A DNA stretch of 64,000 bases from positions 864,962,001-865,026,000 of the forward strand of contig NW_027362762.1 in the NCBI RefSeq assembly GCF_046119375.1, written 5' to 3'. Source of the DNA: Phyllobates terribilis (Eukaryota). Below the pieces are notes generated by a model. It was not told where the DNA came from, made no database searches, and worked only from the letters and a program-made list of their open reading frames with translations. The stretch's first letter is position 1. Every line of letters begins with the position of its first letter. Below, piece by piece: positions 14,330 through 27,290 of this stretch. The position numbers were made by a program, and so were the translations under genes.

Positions 14330-14467
14330 TTTTAGGCTTTCTACAGACTGCTCGGGTCTCCCATAGACTAACATTGGGCTCGTTGCTCAGGTCGAGCACC
14401 CGAGTATCACGGTGAGCTCGGCCCGAGCTTCGAGCACCCGAGCATTTTAGTGCTCGCTCAACACTAG
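14330..14467. mobile_element. Terminus of a CTAG-flanked '...CGCTCA(T/A)C(A/C)CTAG' DNA element, possibly the outer end of the element carrying the hAT relic
   Basis: Ends GTGCTCGCTCAACACTAG, the same terminal motif as the complete element at 20442-20758. The link to the hAT relic is inference. Confidence 0.5.
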
Positions 14468-15430
14468 TAAGGAGACAATGTGAGCAGGGGGTAATGTGTG
14501 ATAACTGCCTTCACACTGATGGGCAGGTAGGGGAATGTACAGGTAGACAGTGTGTGGAAGGGTGCATGAGAGGGAACAGTATGGGGGGAATGTGTAAGGG
14601 AACAGTATGGAGGAGAAAAGTGTGCAGGTGCACAGTATATAAACTGGGTAGTATGGGGGGCAGTGTAGGGATGGGCAAGCATGGGGGACAGTACCAGGGC
14701 ACAGTATGGAGAGGACAGCATGAATAGAGGGGGAGTATGATGAGGGCACACAGAATGGAAAGGAGAGAACAATGTAGAGGCCATGTACCAAAAGAGGGAC
14801 AGTGATGGGGTCATATTTTGTGCAGGGAACACATAGAGGAGCAATTATTCAGGGGCACAGCAAGGGGAAATTATCCAGGGGCACAGTGTAGGGCAGATAT
14901 TTAATTAGGAGCATTATAATGACATCGTAATTTATAAGGGCACCATGTTGGGATGTGCTGCAGAAGATCGGAAAAGATGGAAGTTTGGAGAGATGAAATA
15001 TGGATTTGAAAAGTCATCATGACATCTACACTAGATGAAGAAGAAAAGAAAGAGAACAGCTCCAATCAGAGAAAATATCTTCTATAAGGTACCTAAATGT
15101 TTATTTGTGATATTAACAGCATCTCTTCAGTACTGTGGTTATTCTTTGGTCTGCAGTCTGATGATGGTTGGTAACAACTGCTTCCAGCATCTCTTTACTA
15201 TTGTTAAGGACATACTGGGAATTCATAGGTTCATGTGATACAATTGTATGTGAGGCTGACCTGACATTGCAATTGATCACTGTACTAAGCTTGGTGCTGT
15301 ATTTCTGTACTAATGGTGACTGTGATTCTGTAGTTCAGTACTGATGATGGTTCTGGTGCTGTATTTTTGTACTGATGCTGGTTTTGGTGCTGCATTTCTG
15401 TATTCATGATGGTTCTGGTGGTGTAGTCAT

Positions 15431-17261
15431 TGTAATGCCTTCGTCCCTGCGTGCCTCCCCCTCCTGGCAGGGACGCTGGTGTACTCACCAACCGGACCGC
15501 GTTCCTGATGCAGACATCTTGCCAAGTGTGCACTTCCTCTTTCTTAAAGGGTTAGCGTGCGCACTCCTTAGATGTCCCCAGCCAATTCCTGGGTGGCATC
15601 TGGTACCTAAGTCACTCTTCCCGATTGAGAGGGGCCTGTTCAACGTCAAGGACTTCAGTGTCTAGCTTGTCTGTAAACTGCTAAGTTCGTTGTCAGGTCC
15701 ACTCATTGCCCAAACCTATTTCCCTGGGTCTGTATGCCCTGTCCGGAACCCTGAACCTGTACCTGTGTCTGATCTAGTCTCAATTAGCACCTGGCTCTTA
15801 TCCTGTTTGTATCTAGTCTTCATCTTTCCCTGTATATATTGCCAGTATCTGAACCTGTCTCTGTATCCTTCTGTGTCTGAATCAGCACCTGTTTCCACAC
15901 CAGCTGTGTCTGATTCAGTTTCTTCCTCCAAACCTGTTGTCTGAATTAGTTCCTACTCTAATCCTGATTTAACAGCTCCCTCACCTAAATCTGCTGTGTC
16001 GGAACCTGTACTTATCTTCAAACCTGCTGTTAGAACCTGTACCTTTCCTAAACCAGCTGAGTCTGAATCAGTTCCTATCTGTAGTCTGTTGTCGCTGTGC
16101 AACATTGGTGATTAGTGTGCGCACTTGTTACTTCATGGTAAGTGCCCTGTGTGAACTTGGCTCTGTCTGTCCTGTGTGTACCTGTCCTTGGTCTTGTGTG
16201 AACTTGGTCCTGTCTCTCCTGTGTGTATTTGTAATTGTCCTGTGGTAACCTGACCCTGTCTGTTCTATGTGAACAGAGTCCTGTCTCTCCTGTGGGAACC
16301 TGCAGTTCCTTGCCTGTCCGGATCTGCGGTTCATTGCCTGTCCACATCTGTGGTTCATTGCCTGTCCACACCAGGGTTCCTTGCCTGTCCACACCTGCGG
16401 TTCCTTGCCTGTCTGCACCTGCAGTTCCGTACCTGTCCGTATCTGTGGTTCCTTGCTTGTCCACATCTGCGGTTCCCTGCTTGGCCATATCTGCGGTTCC
16501 CTGCTTGTCTACATCTGCGGTTCCCTGCTTGTCCGTATCTGGGGTTCCCTGCTTGTCCGCATCTGCGATTCCCTGATTATCTGCATCTGCGATTCCCTGC
16601 TTGTCCGCATCTGCGGTTCTCCTGTTTGTCCGCATCTGCGATTCCCTGTTTGTCCGCATCTGCGATTCCCTGCTTGTCCGCATCTGCGGTTCCCTGCTTG
16701 TCCACATCTGCGGTTCCCTGCTTGTCCGCATCAGCGGTTCTCTGCTTGTTCGCATCAGCGGTTCCCTGCTTGTCCGCATCAGCGGTTCCCTGCTTGTCCA
16801 CACCTGCGGTCCCCTGCTTGTCCGCACCTGCGTTTCCCTACCTGGTCACGCCTGTGGTTCCCTGCCTATTCGCACCTGCAGTTCCCCGCCTGTCCGCACC
16901 TTGTCTGCCTGTGTATCAGCCATGCCCGCCAGCAGCTACCTGCCTGTATATCAGCCGTGCCCACCATCACCTGCCTGTCTGTATACCAGCCGTGTCTGCC
17001 AGTACCTGCCTACCTGTGAATCAGCTGTGCCAGTCAATATACCTACTGCACCTTCCTGCATCCCTGCTGTTCCTGCCAACACCTGTCCTTACAGCTCGGT
17101 ACCTGGCAGCTACCTGCCGCACAAGCCTGACCTCACCACTAGAGGCTCCTGCAAACACCAAGGTAGCTGCTTAGTTATGCCCCTGCGGGGTAAGTCCGGT
17201 CCATGGCATAATGGGTCCATGATCCACACTCGCGCTTAACAGTCTGAGCGCAAGTGTAACA
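15431..17261. mobile_element. Solo LTR (1831 bp) with 5-bp TSD
   Basis: Starts TGTAATG and ends TGTAACA. Flanked by GTCAT on both sides (15426-15430, 17262-17266). It splits a 31-bp degenerate minisatellite that continues on both flanks. No retroviral ORFs inside. Confidence 0.85.
16290..16870. repeat. 24-bp minisatellite inside the solo LTR
   Basis: Unit GCATCTGCGGTTCCCTGCTTGTCC and variants, giving overlapping repetitive ORFs on both strands. Confidence 0.9.
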
Positions 17262-17770
17262 GTCATGTACTGATGGTGGTTCTGATAATGTATTTCTATA
17301 CTGGTGGTGGTTCTGGTGATGTAGTTTTGCACTGATTATAGTTATGTTGCTGTATTTCTGTACTGATGGTGGTTGTGATGCTTTATTTCTATATTGATGG
17401 TGACTCTGGTGAAGTATTCATGTACTGATAGTGATTATGGTAATGTATTTCAGTACTGATGGTGGTTGTGATGTTATATTTCTATACTGATGATGGTTTT
17501 GGTGATGTATTCCTATACTGATGGTGGCTATGAAGCTGTATTTCTATACTGTTGGTGGTTCTGGTGATGTATTGCTCTACTCTTGGTGTTTCTAGTGATG
17601 TATTTCTGTACTGATGGTGGTTACGGTGTTGAATTTCTGTACTCTTGGTGGTTCTGGTGATGTATTTTTGTACTGATGGTGGTTCTAATGATGTGTTCCT
17701 GCACTGTTGGTAGTTCTGGTGTTGTATTCATGTACTGATGGTGGTTCTGGTAGTGTATTCATGTGCTATT
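17262..17770. repeat. Degenerate 31-bp minisatellite (also at ~15290-15430, on the other side of the LTR)
   Basis: Unit ~GATGTATTTCTGTACTGATGGTGGTTCTGGT; period 31 measured at 17659 and 17690. Confidence 0.8.
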
Positions 17771-18951
17771 ATTGATTCTGATCCTGTACAGATGTAGCAA
17801 TCCATAACAGATAACATGATACATGGCTATGTAAATAAAGTATTGTGCCGTCTGGCAAGTTAAAGATTGCTACATCTGTATTTATGTTAGAAGCATTCAT
17901 TATGAAATTCAGCACTGCAGAATGCCACTAATATACTTACTGTCAGGAGTCAGCTCTGCTTGCCGGTTCCAGCGGTTGTCACTTCACCATTCATATGCAA
18001 TTTTCATATTTACAGCTCGTGCTCGTGTGAGTGGTCAGATATGATGACTACTCGAACCGCATAAGCTGTGTATAGGAGGGCGCACCAAACTGAATTTTTG
18101 CCTCGGGTGAAGGAAAATCTAGACTATTGCTGAGTGATGATGCCAGTAATACAGCGTATAACCATTGCAGCCACAGATTGGCTTTTATGGTCACGTGCTG
18201 CACACATGTAAACAAAGACCAGGAGTGCTGCAGAAGGGTAAGCACCAGATATCTAGATAAAGGTGTTGTTAAATAGTATTTTATAATATTGCAAGCTATT
18301 TTTACTAAATTTCTACAGTTTGGATAACCCTTTTAAGATGTCCATGAATAGGCAAGTATCACCATTAGTTTATTATGGGCTCAGGCCTTTTTTTTGGCCT
18401 TTTTTGGAGGACATCGGTCCTCCTGACTCTTCTTATTGTTAACAAAGGTGTTAGAGAGTGCACAGGAGACCCTGAGTTGCCAGCCATATTTAGTTACAGA
18501 CAAGCACTTGGCACAACAAATAAATTAGCTGGGCTTTAACACATTAACCAAAAGATCCTACTTTTGACAAAAGGGGCCGGTGTGGATTTTTTTTCTCATT
18601 TGCAGCTTTGTGGGAACTTTTTATATAAAAAGGCAAATTTCATAGTTGTGTCTAATTCCTGGCCAAGCATTGAGCCATCACCTTTTTTAACTTTACTTTA
18701 ACAAACATTTATCACATTAAAGCTCACACTTCAGTGATAAATGGTTAATGTGCCCTCAGCATAAAAGGAAACGATTTTGAAGTAAAATGCAGAAATACTC
18801 TCATAACTGTGCATGTCATGCAAATCCTACCAAAAATGCAAATGCTTTTAGTTTTTATTTAATTTTTCTATGGAAAACATATTAAATGCGGCAGTTCTGA
18901 CAGCCCTTACTTTTAAAATAAGTTATTTCAACACAAGAGTGATCGTAGCAT

Positions 18952-19413
18952 TTAAATGGAACCTCTGATCTGATTTATGCTGCCCAAACGATGGGCAGCA
19001 TGTATCAGAGCCTGGCTGCATGACTGCAGTTTCAGAGAAAATATACTTTAAAGATCTGAGGACTACAGCCCAAGACAAAATTAGTCCTGCTCCGTCCCTG
19101 CTGGCTTCTTCCAGTGGTGGAGCAGGTGATTGACAGGTCTCTCCCTATGTACACACAAAAAAGAGATCTGTCAATCACTTGAAATGTCACTGGGAGAAAC
19201 CTGCAGTGGGGTGGGGTGTTTTGTCCCAGACTAGTCTTGTCTCTGGCTATGGTTCCTGGCACGATCTTTGAAATATATTTTCTTTGAAATGCTGGAGTGT
19301 TTCAGAGAACAAATATCTGACTGCTATTATATTTCCAGGCTCTGATTTATGCTGCCTGTGGTTTGAGCAGTGTGAGTTTGAGCAGTGTGAATCAGATGAT
19401 AGGATCCCTTTAA
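18952..19413. mobile_element. TTAA-flanked MITE (T2/Kolobok/piggyBac-type)
   Basis: TTAA at both ends, imperfect TIR (ATGGAACCTCTGATCTGA / TCAGATGATAGGATCCCT) and internal inverted symmetry. Confidence 0.65.
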
Positions 19414-19745
19414 CATGATCAGTCATGAGTGCATGCAGGCTTGGACTGGCCGACAGGAGAACAGGAGAATCCTCCGGTGGGCCACCACTCTCTTATATGA
19501 GCAGTTCTTGGCACAATATACTTCAATCACTATGTACAGACAAAGGCGGCATCTTATTCATTTATCAATCTACCCAGTTCATTGTTATATACCGTAAATT
19601 TGTAATTGAGAATAATGTCACATTTGCATTTAGTTGAAAAGTGGGGTCCTGTTAGTTACTAGTGGGCCCTTGGCATCCCAGTCCAACACTGGATGCATGA
19701 TTTTATTTAGGATGATGTGATCAATATTCAATATTCTCTTTTCAG

Positions 19746-19842
19746 GGGTCAAGACAGGACGATGCTTGAAGACAGGTGCAAACACAATAGGAATATGTGA
19801 AATATTTGCTTGGTGTCCACTTGAGAAGAGGCAAAAGCCAGA
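19746..19842 (+). CDS. P2RX5: P2X purinoceptor 5, exon 5-equivalent (97 nt): GVKTGRCLKTGANTIGICEIFAWCPLEKRQKPE
   Basis: TTCAG acceptor and GTAAG donor; P2X motifs GxxTGRC and CEIxAWCP; phase 1 to phase 2. Confidence 0.95.
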
Positions 19843-20441
19843 GTAAGATCCACTGTTATGCTAAGGGACTCCATAGTTCAAATAGTATTATCCAATATGC
19901 AGATGTATCCAAGAAATATTTTCATTTCCTTTAAAGTGGTTGTCACAATATAGGTGATAACTTAATAACTTAATGATCAGTGGGGTCCGACTATAGGACC
20001 TGCTGATTGGCACAGAAGGAAATTCTATAGCAGGGCACAATTATCCTTGTTATTGAATAGAGCGGCAGATCGGAAGCCCTACCGGCACTCCGGAAGCCCT
20101 ACCGGCACTCCATTAATTCTCTATAAGGCTATAAAGCAGATCACAGTGCTCAGGGGCTCAATAGGCAATGAATGGAGCGGCGGTCAATCATAATCACTGA
20201 TGCTGCATTCTAATGGGGATAAAAGTGGCCCATTCCCAGCAGTCAGACTCCAACACATCAATAAGTTTATCCAGCCTGTGAATAAGTGACAACTTCTTTT
20301 CACAGGAAAAACCCTTTAAGTATGTGCCACTAATAACTGAATACTTACCTCCCAACAAGAAGGACATGAAGGAGAAGTTCTCAATTTCACTGATTCATAC
20401 ACAGCAGTATTTTCTGTACCCTTACTGATCATAGGTTCCAA

Positions 20442-20758
20442 CTAGAGATGAGCGAACCCGAACAGAAATGTTCGTATCAGGCATTTATTGTCCGGTTCTA
20501 AAGAGAGAAAGATTTTTTTTTTCTTTCCAGTTCGGGTCTCTTTATTTTCAATGGAGTTCAGGTTCTACCCAACGCGTGCTTTAGTCCACAGTTTGGTTCG
20601 AGCACCAGAACAGTACCCGAACTTCAACCAAGTTCTACAAACCAACTTTAACTTCAACTTGGTTGAAGTTCGGGTACTGTTCTGGTGCCCAAACCAAACT
20701 TTGGACTAAAGTTCAGGTCGGGTAGAACCTGAACTTCTACCGATCCGCTCATCCCTAG
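20442..20758. mobile_element. Palindromic MITE with CTAGAGATGAGCG / CGCTCATCCCTAG termini
   Basis: TIRs seen directly, with internal inverted repeats. A partial copy ends at 52947. Confidence 0.75.
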
Positions 20759-22786
20759 TCCCAACATTTACTTTGAATGGTTGTCAGGAGTCACATTCAA
20801 TTGAAAAATGGAGGATACAGATCAAAAAATGACCATAAAATTACGTTTTTGTGTATCTTATTTTTTTTTTTTTAAATGTTGATGATGTATTTTCTAATTG
20901 TTCATGAATAGTGAAGTGTGAATAATACTCATCAAACCGACATGTGCCCCATTCACTAAGCCTGCCCACATTGCCGAGTGACAGGTATTTAACAGCCCAA
21001 CCCTTTTCCATAACCCTAATTCCCATCTACATAATGTGCTATGGGGACCGCCTCCCCCCATCCCATAATTATTCCCATGCACATAATTTGTTGTGATATA
21101 TATTATCTTTAATGCAACATGAAAGCTCCCCGTCCTCCACTTTATACCCCAATATCAGGTGATCCAAAGCCCCTTCACTGTTAATCAAATTTCAATGAAC
21201 TAGTAAGGCTTTGTGTGAGTTGCAGACCAAAGTGTTCCACCCACGAGGGGTCTCCTTCCATGTTAGTATCTACAGTTAATAATCAATAAATAAATATTGT
21301 AATATTTGCAGTTTTATCAGTGAGCACTGAGCCGAACGACAGGCTGATAATTACCATTTCAGTTGTGATCTAATGATAGAATTATAACCTTTCAATATTA
21401 TCACAAAGCTGGAGACAAATAACATGGAATCCACCAATACAAAAAGCAACAGACACAGTTCACCTCCTCCCCCTCCCTGCACAATGACCTCTGCGCAGAT
21501 CACAGAACCTGTTTAAAAACCTTCTAAGAAAATAAACATCTCTAGACCATTGTTTACTATGGTCCATGGGGCAGCTGTAAAGCACATCTCTAAATGGTGT
21601 CAATGGCAGCTCAGGCAACATGAGTGCACCCATAATCTTCTACAGAAAATGTATTTAAAAAATCTTCTACTGGGAAAAAAAACAGATTAGAAATGAGACG
21701 TTAAATATATAATTCTAATTAGCAAAAAAAAATCTAGGTTATACATTCACTTTAAACGTGGAGACATTAGAAAATACTGTATGTTTACCATCCAAACTAA
21801 TAATGTTCAAGCGTTAGGATGTTTGCAATATTACCAGTGCAGATAGTACTTTATAATCAGTGCCTATGGCCATAAATGAAAGATCCTATGGGAAGACACA
21901 ATCTTCAAGTTATAGGGGTACTAAGCCGCTGATTCAGGACCAGTGCTCCAGGCCTCCTGGTCTCCACAGGCAATAAATACTCCTCCTAAAAATTAAGGCT
22001 CATTATGGGGTCATTTTGACTAACTGAGTCAAAAAGCTGGCATATTTCTATTACCTTGAGGAAACACACCTTTTAATGTATTTCTTCTACAGAAAATATG
22101 TTTATATTAGGGTTATGTTCCCACACAGTAAAAACTCAGCATACTTTTTTGTGCAGAAAATCCACTGCATTTTATAGTTCGAGAAAAAACTCCTACCCAG
22201 AACTAACTCAACCACTAGTGTCTGCCTAGACCGTGGCCATGTGTGCGCAGTAGTTACATTCCAGGAGAAGTTTTAACTCTTAATATGCCAACCACCTCTC
22301 TCCAACTCGATTATTTCTATACAGTAGTTCTTTGCTCACCTCCCTCTCAGCTCCTGACAAGCTGCTGTTATAAATCTTGCAAAATCACCACCATCGGCTT
22401 CTCTCAGTTCTCCTAATCACAGCTCTTGACTCTCGCTGTCTGCAGCTCTGTGCTTATTCAAATTTCTTGCTATCTCTATGTAAAGATATAGTGATATCAC
22501 AGTACATGTAGCGCAGAGCTGGGCGGTAGCCACGGGCAAGCACCCGTCTTCTCCTGTCACGTTGGCTGGCCAGGATCATAGGTTTCAAAGTTCAATAAAG
22601 GAGACTTCTGTACCAAAAGACACTCTTTACTGAGTGGTAACTTGGTAAGGGTTATGTACAAGGGGTACAGGTTCAAAGTCTTATGGACGTTTCCTTCACA
22701 GTAAAAAGCATTTTTACACAAATGGTTTCCTTCCACTGCAGTCTACTCCATGGCCGGTGGAGCACAATGTTTTGCCCTACTTCATC

Positions 22787-23953
22787 ATGCTGTAGATATA
22801 GTATATCTTGACTTCAGCAAAGCATTTGACAAAGTATCTCACACCATCCTTATTGAAAAAATGACCAAGTATGCAATGGACCAGGCAACTGTTAGGTGGA
22901 TTCATAACTGGCTTAGTGATCGGACTCAAAGGGTGGTTGTAAATGGCTTCACATCCAGCTGGATGAATGTCTCAAGTGGGGTACCACAGGGCTCCGTCCT
23001 GGGACCTGTATTGTTCAACATCTTTATCAATGATTTAGATGAAGGAATTGAGGGTAAACTGATTAAATTTGCTGATGACACAAAGCTAGGAGGGATAGCT
23101 AATACTAGAGAAGAGAGAGAGAGGATTCAAAAAGACCTAAATAAACTGGAGCAGTGGGCAGCAACCAACAGAATGGTTTTTAACAGGGAAAAATGCAAAG
23201 TACTACATCTGGGCAATAAAAATGAAAAAAGCATATACAGAATGGGAGGAATAGAGCTAAGAAACAGTACATGTGAAAAAGACTTAGGTATACTAATAGA
23301 TCATAGACGGAACATGAGTCAACAGTGTGATGCAGCAGCAAAAAAGGCAAATAGAATTCTGGGATGTATTAACAGAAGCATACAGTCTAGATCACGTGAA
23401 GTCATTATCGGTCTTTACTCCTCTTTGGTCAGACCTCATCTGGAATACTGTGTACAGTTTTGGGCACCACATTTTAAAAAAGACATAGACAAACTGGAGC
23501 AAGTTCAGAGAAGAGCGACCAGAATGGTGACTGGTCTGCAAACCATGTCCTATGAGAAACGGTTGCAGGATTTGGGAATGTTTAGCTTGCAAAAAAGAAA
23601 ACTGAGAGGAGACTTAATAGCTGTCTACAAATATGTCAAGGGCTGTCACATTGTAGAAGGATCATCTTTATTCTCATTTGCACAAGGAAAGACTAGAAGC
23701 AATGGGATGAAACTAAATGGGAGGAGACACAGATTAGATATTAGAAAAAACTTTTTGACAGTTAGGGTGATTAATGAGTGGAACAGGCTGCCACGAGAGG
23801 TGGTGAGTTCCCCTTCAATGGACGTCTTCAAACAGAGGCTGGACAGACATCTGTCTGAGATGATCTAGTGAATCCTGCTTTGAGCAGGGGGTTGGACCAG
23901 ATGACCCAGGAGGTCCCTTCCAACTCTACCATTCTATGATTCTATGATTCTAT
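22787..23953 (+). mobile_element. 5'-truncated CR1 LINE: ORF2 RT/C-terminal part, 3' UTR and (ATTCTATG)n tail
   Basis: ORF 22750-23868 contains AVDIVYLDFSKAFDKV, GVPQGSVLGPVLFNIFINDL, KFADD, RPHLEYCVQFW and FLTVRVINEWNRLP with no internal stop. It is followed by a CR1-type 3' UTR and ATTCTATG x3 (23931-23953). Confidence 0.95.
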
Positions 23954-24569
23954 CACAGCCTAGCTTGTCGCCACAGTCCTAATCAGAAAGTCTCTCTACT
24001 TGCTCAGTGGTTCTGTATCCTAATTCTTCCACTATTGGCGCCCTGGATCTATCGCTCGGGACCCCCAACTAGTCCCATGAACTCAGTCCTGTTTAAGTCC
24101 TTTACCTTCGGCGTTTAGCAAGCTCAGATTTCTCATGACACGTCGTCCTATCCAAGGACCCCTTTAAGGATCCCTTTAAGGTGGCCTTTCTGTCTCTTCA
24201 GTCAGTTCCAGGTCGCACTACTCAATTGTCCCTTAGTCTCGTCTATTGTAGTTCATCCAATGGCAGCACGGCTGACAGACACTTCCTACTGCTACTTGAA
24301 CTTGCCCCTATCTACAGGAAGCAGTCACTTGCCCTAACACTAATTTCCTCCCTCTATGGGCTAGTCCTGAACATTAACACTATCCTTACCCTAATGTTGC
24401 TACCTAACTAAAGTCACTATCTATACTATCTATCTTATGTCCTAAGTCCTAACCTATGTCTTATTAACATTACTTATACACTACAGAGGAACATGTTAAA
24501 TTTCACATAGCACATTACATCCCAATATTTACAAAGACGCAGGACATTATTCACATTACACAACACATA

Positions 24570-24824
24570 CAGTGGTGTGAAAAAGTGTTTGCCCCCTTTT
24601 TGATTTCTTATTCTTTTGCATGTTTGTCACACTGAAATGTTTCAGATCACAAAACAAATTTAAATATTAGACAAAGATAACACAAGTAAACACAAAATGC
24701 AGTTTCTAAATGAAGATTTTTATTATTAAGGGAAAAAGAAATCCAAACCTACAGGGCCCTGTGTGAAAAAGTGATTGCTCCCTAAACCTAATAACTGGTT
24801 GGGCCACCCTTAGCAGCAACACTG
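24570..24824 (+). mobile_element. Frog Prince-like Tc1 left IR/DR fragment
   Basis: TA|CAGTGGTGTGAAAAAGTGTTTGCCCC with inner DR TGTGAAAAAGTGATTGC resembles the Frog Prince inverted repeat as recalled. It ends at CACTG|TA. No transposase. Confidence 0.7.
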
Positions 24825-25374
24825 TATGACGCAATTGGTGTCTTCAGGGGTAGGAACACGACAGTCATTGTCCACCACCCTTACATACACTTCAGAACAA
24901 ACCACTGATAGCTGAATGTGTTACAGCTGAACTCACGAGAGCTGTCACTCAAGAAAAAGTTAATATTAGTGAATAATTTAAAATACACGAGAGTTTCCAA
25001 ATTTGAGCTTTCTGTCTAATTAGCTAAAATAATAAGCTACATGGGTCTATTTTCTAATACTGTACAGCAATACCGAACTCAGTGCCCGCTGCTGATCTAG
25101 GTATCTGTTACTGCAGATATACACATTCCCAAGTCGTCTGGCCTATACATATAGATGTGTAAATGCAATAAGTCTAGAGAGACACCAAACATCCTGTAGA
25201 TGAGCTGAGTGAATTTATTTTATGTTCAGGAAAAAAATAAATCCCCTTAACCATTAAATTATAACAAGATTCAGCATACCATTTTGTGAGCATGCATTGA
25301 AAGAAATTCTGGACATGTGTTATTAACTAATTTTTATATATTAGTATAAACTAACACTACATGATCTTTTTTAG

Positions 25375-25455
25375 AACACCACTATTAGGAAAAGCCGAAA
25401 ACTTCACCGTCTATATTAAAAATTCCATACGCTTTCCAAAGTTCAATTTTTCAAA
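25375..25455 (+). CDS. P2RX5: P2X5 exon 6-equivalent (81 nt): [27 protein letters not shown]
   Basis: TTTTTTAG acceptor and GTAAG donor; P2X motif AENFTxxIKNxIRFPKF; phase 2 to phase 2. Confidence 0.96.
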
Positions 25456-25631
25456 GTAAGTGTCAGTAAATGATATATTTGCTACACTGTATTACGCTTT
25501 ATTGCTGATAAATAATGGAACATATATTAGTATTCCATTAATATTTCATTTGCAAATTAATAATTATGCTTTTAATGTGTTGTTATCATCGTAGTGGCAT
25601 TTTATTTTATATACAGGGAGTAAACAATATA

Positions 25632-27247
25632 CAGTGGGTACGAAAAGTATTCAGACCCCTTTAAATTTTTCACTCTTTGTTTCATTGCAGCCATTTGGTA
25701 AATTCTAAAAAGTTCATTTTTTTTCTCATTAAAGTACACTCTGCACCACATCTTGGCTGAAAAAAAAAACAGAAATATAGAAATTTTTGCAAATTTATTA
25801 AAAAAGAAAAACTGAAATATCACATGGTTATAAGTATTCAGATCCTTTGCTCAGACACTCATATTTAAGTCACATGCTGTCCATTTCCATGTGATCCTCC
25901 TTGAGATGGTTCTACTCCTTAATTGGAGCCCAACTGTGTTTAATTAAACTGATAGGACTTGATTTGGAAAGACACACACCTGTCTATATAAGACCTCACA
26001 GCTCACAGTGCATGTCAGACCAAATGAGAATCATGAGCTCAAAGGAACTGCCCAAGGAGCTCAGAGACAGAATTGTTGCAAGGCACAGATCTGGCCAAGG
26101 TTACAAAATAATTTCTGCATTACGCTAGGTTCCTAAGAGCACAGTGGCCTCCATAATCCTTAAATGGAAGAAGTTTTGGACCACCAGAAGTCTTCCTAGA
26201 CCTGGCCATCCAGCCACACTGAGCAATCGTGAGAGAAGAGCCTTGGTGAGAGAGGTAAAGAAGAACCCCAAGATCACTGTGGCTGAGCTCCAGAGATGCA
26301 GTAGGGAGATGGGAAAAAGTTCCACAAAGTCAACTATCACTGCAGCCCTCCACCAGTCGGGCTTTTATGGCAGAGTGGCCCGACAGAAGCCTCTCCTCAG
26401 TGCAAGACATATGAAAGCCTGCATAGAGTTTGCTCAAAAACACGAGGGACTCCCAGACTATGAGAAATAAGATTCTCTGGTCTGATGAGACGAAGATAGA
26501 ACTTTTTGGTGATAATTCTAAGTGGTATGTGTAGAGATAACCAGGTACTGCTCATCACCTGCCCAATACAATCCCAAACAGTGAATTGCTATGGGGCTGT
26601 TTTCCAGCTGCAGGAACAGGACGACTGGTTACAATTGAAGAAAACATGAATGCGGCCAAGTACAGAGATATCCTGGATGAAAACCTCTTCCAGAGTGCTC
26701 TGGACCTCAGACTTGGCCGAAGGTTCACCTTCCAACAAGACAATGACCCTAAGCACACAGCTAAAATAATAAAGGAGTGGCTTCAGAAGAACTCAGCGAC
26801 CATTCCTGACTGGCCCAGCCAGAGCCATGACCTAAACCCAATTGAGCATCTCTGGAGAGACCTGAAAATGGCTGTCCACCAACGTTCACCATCCAACCTG
26901 ACGGAACTGGAGAGGATCTGCAAGTAAAAATGGCAAAGGATCCCCAAATCCAGGTGTGAAAAACTTGTTGCATCATTCCCAAGAAGACTTATGGCTGTAC
27001 TAGCTCAAAAGGGTGCTTCTACTCAATACTGAGCAAAGGGTCTGAATACTTATGACCATGTGATATTTCAGTTTTTCTTTTTTAATACATTTGCAAAAAT
27101 GTCTACATTTCTGTTTTTTTCAGTAAAGATGGGGTGCAGAGTGTACTTTAATGAGAAAAAAATGAACTTTTTAGAATTTACAAAATGGCTGCAATGAAAC
27201 GAAGAGTGAAAAATTGAAAGGGGTATGAATACTTTCCGTACCCACTG
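25632..27247 (+). mobile_element. Full-length but defective Tc1 transposon with ~220-bp IR/DR termini
   Basis: TA|CAGTGGGTACGAAAAGTATTCAGACCCC ... TACTTTCCGTACCCACTG. Transposase pieces ([39 protein letters not shown]) are broken by a TAG at ~26126, frameshifts and a stop near the 3' end. Confidence 0.93.
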
Positions 27248-27290
27248 TGCCAAAAACACCCAACAATACATTGACAAGAAGTTACACTAA

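Noticed and set aside
16075-17239. Long overlapping ORFs (212-301 aa) on both strands
   Set aside because: Products of the 24-bp minisatellite (a multiple of 3) within a solo LTR; low complexity.
13294-19745. Search for P2RX5 exon 4 (Cys-rich ...C...D.DC..G...GN) between the satellite and exon 5
   Set aside because: No matching splice-flanked segment found by eye; it is presumed to lie upstream of the window.
22170-24540. Possible LTR/ERV-like element hosting the CR1 insertion
   Set aside because: No reliable termini, TSD or ORF could be defined by eye.
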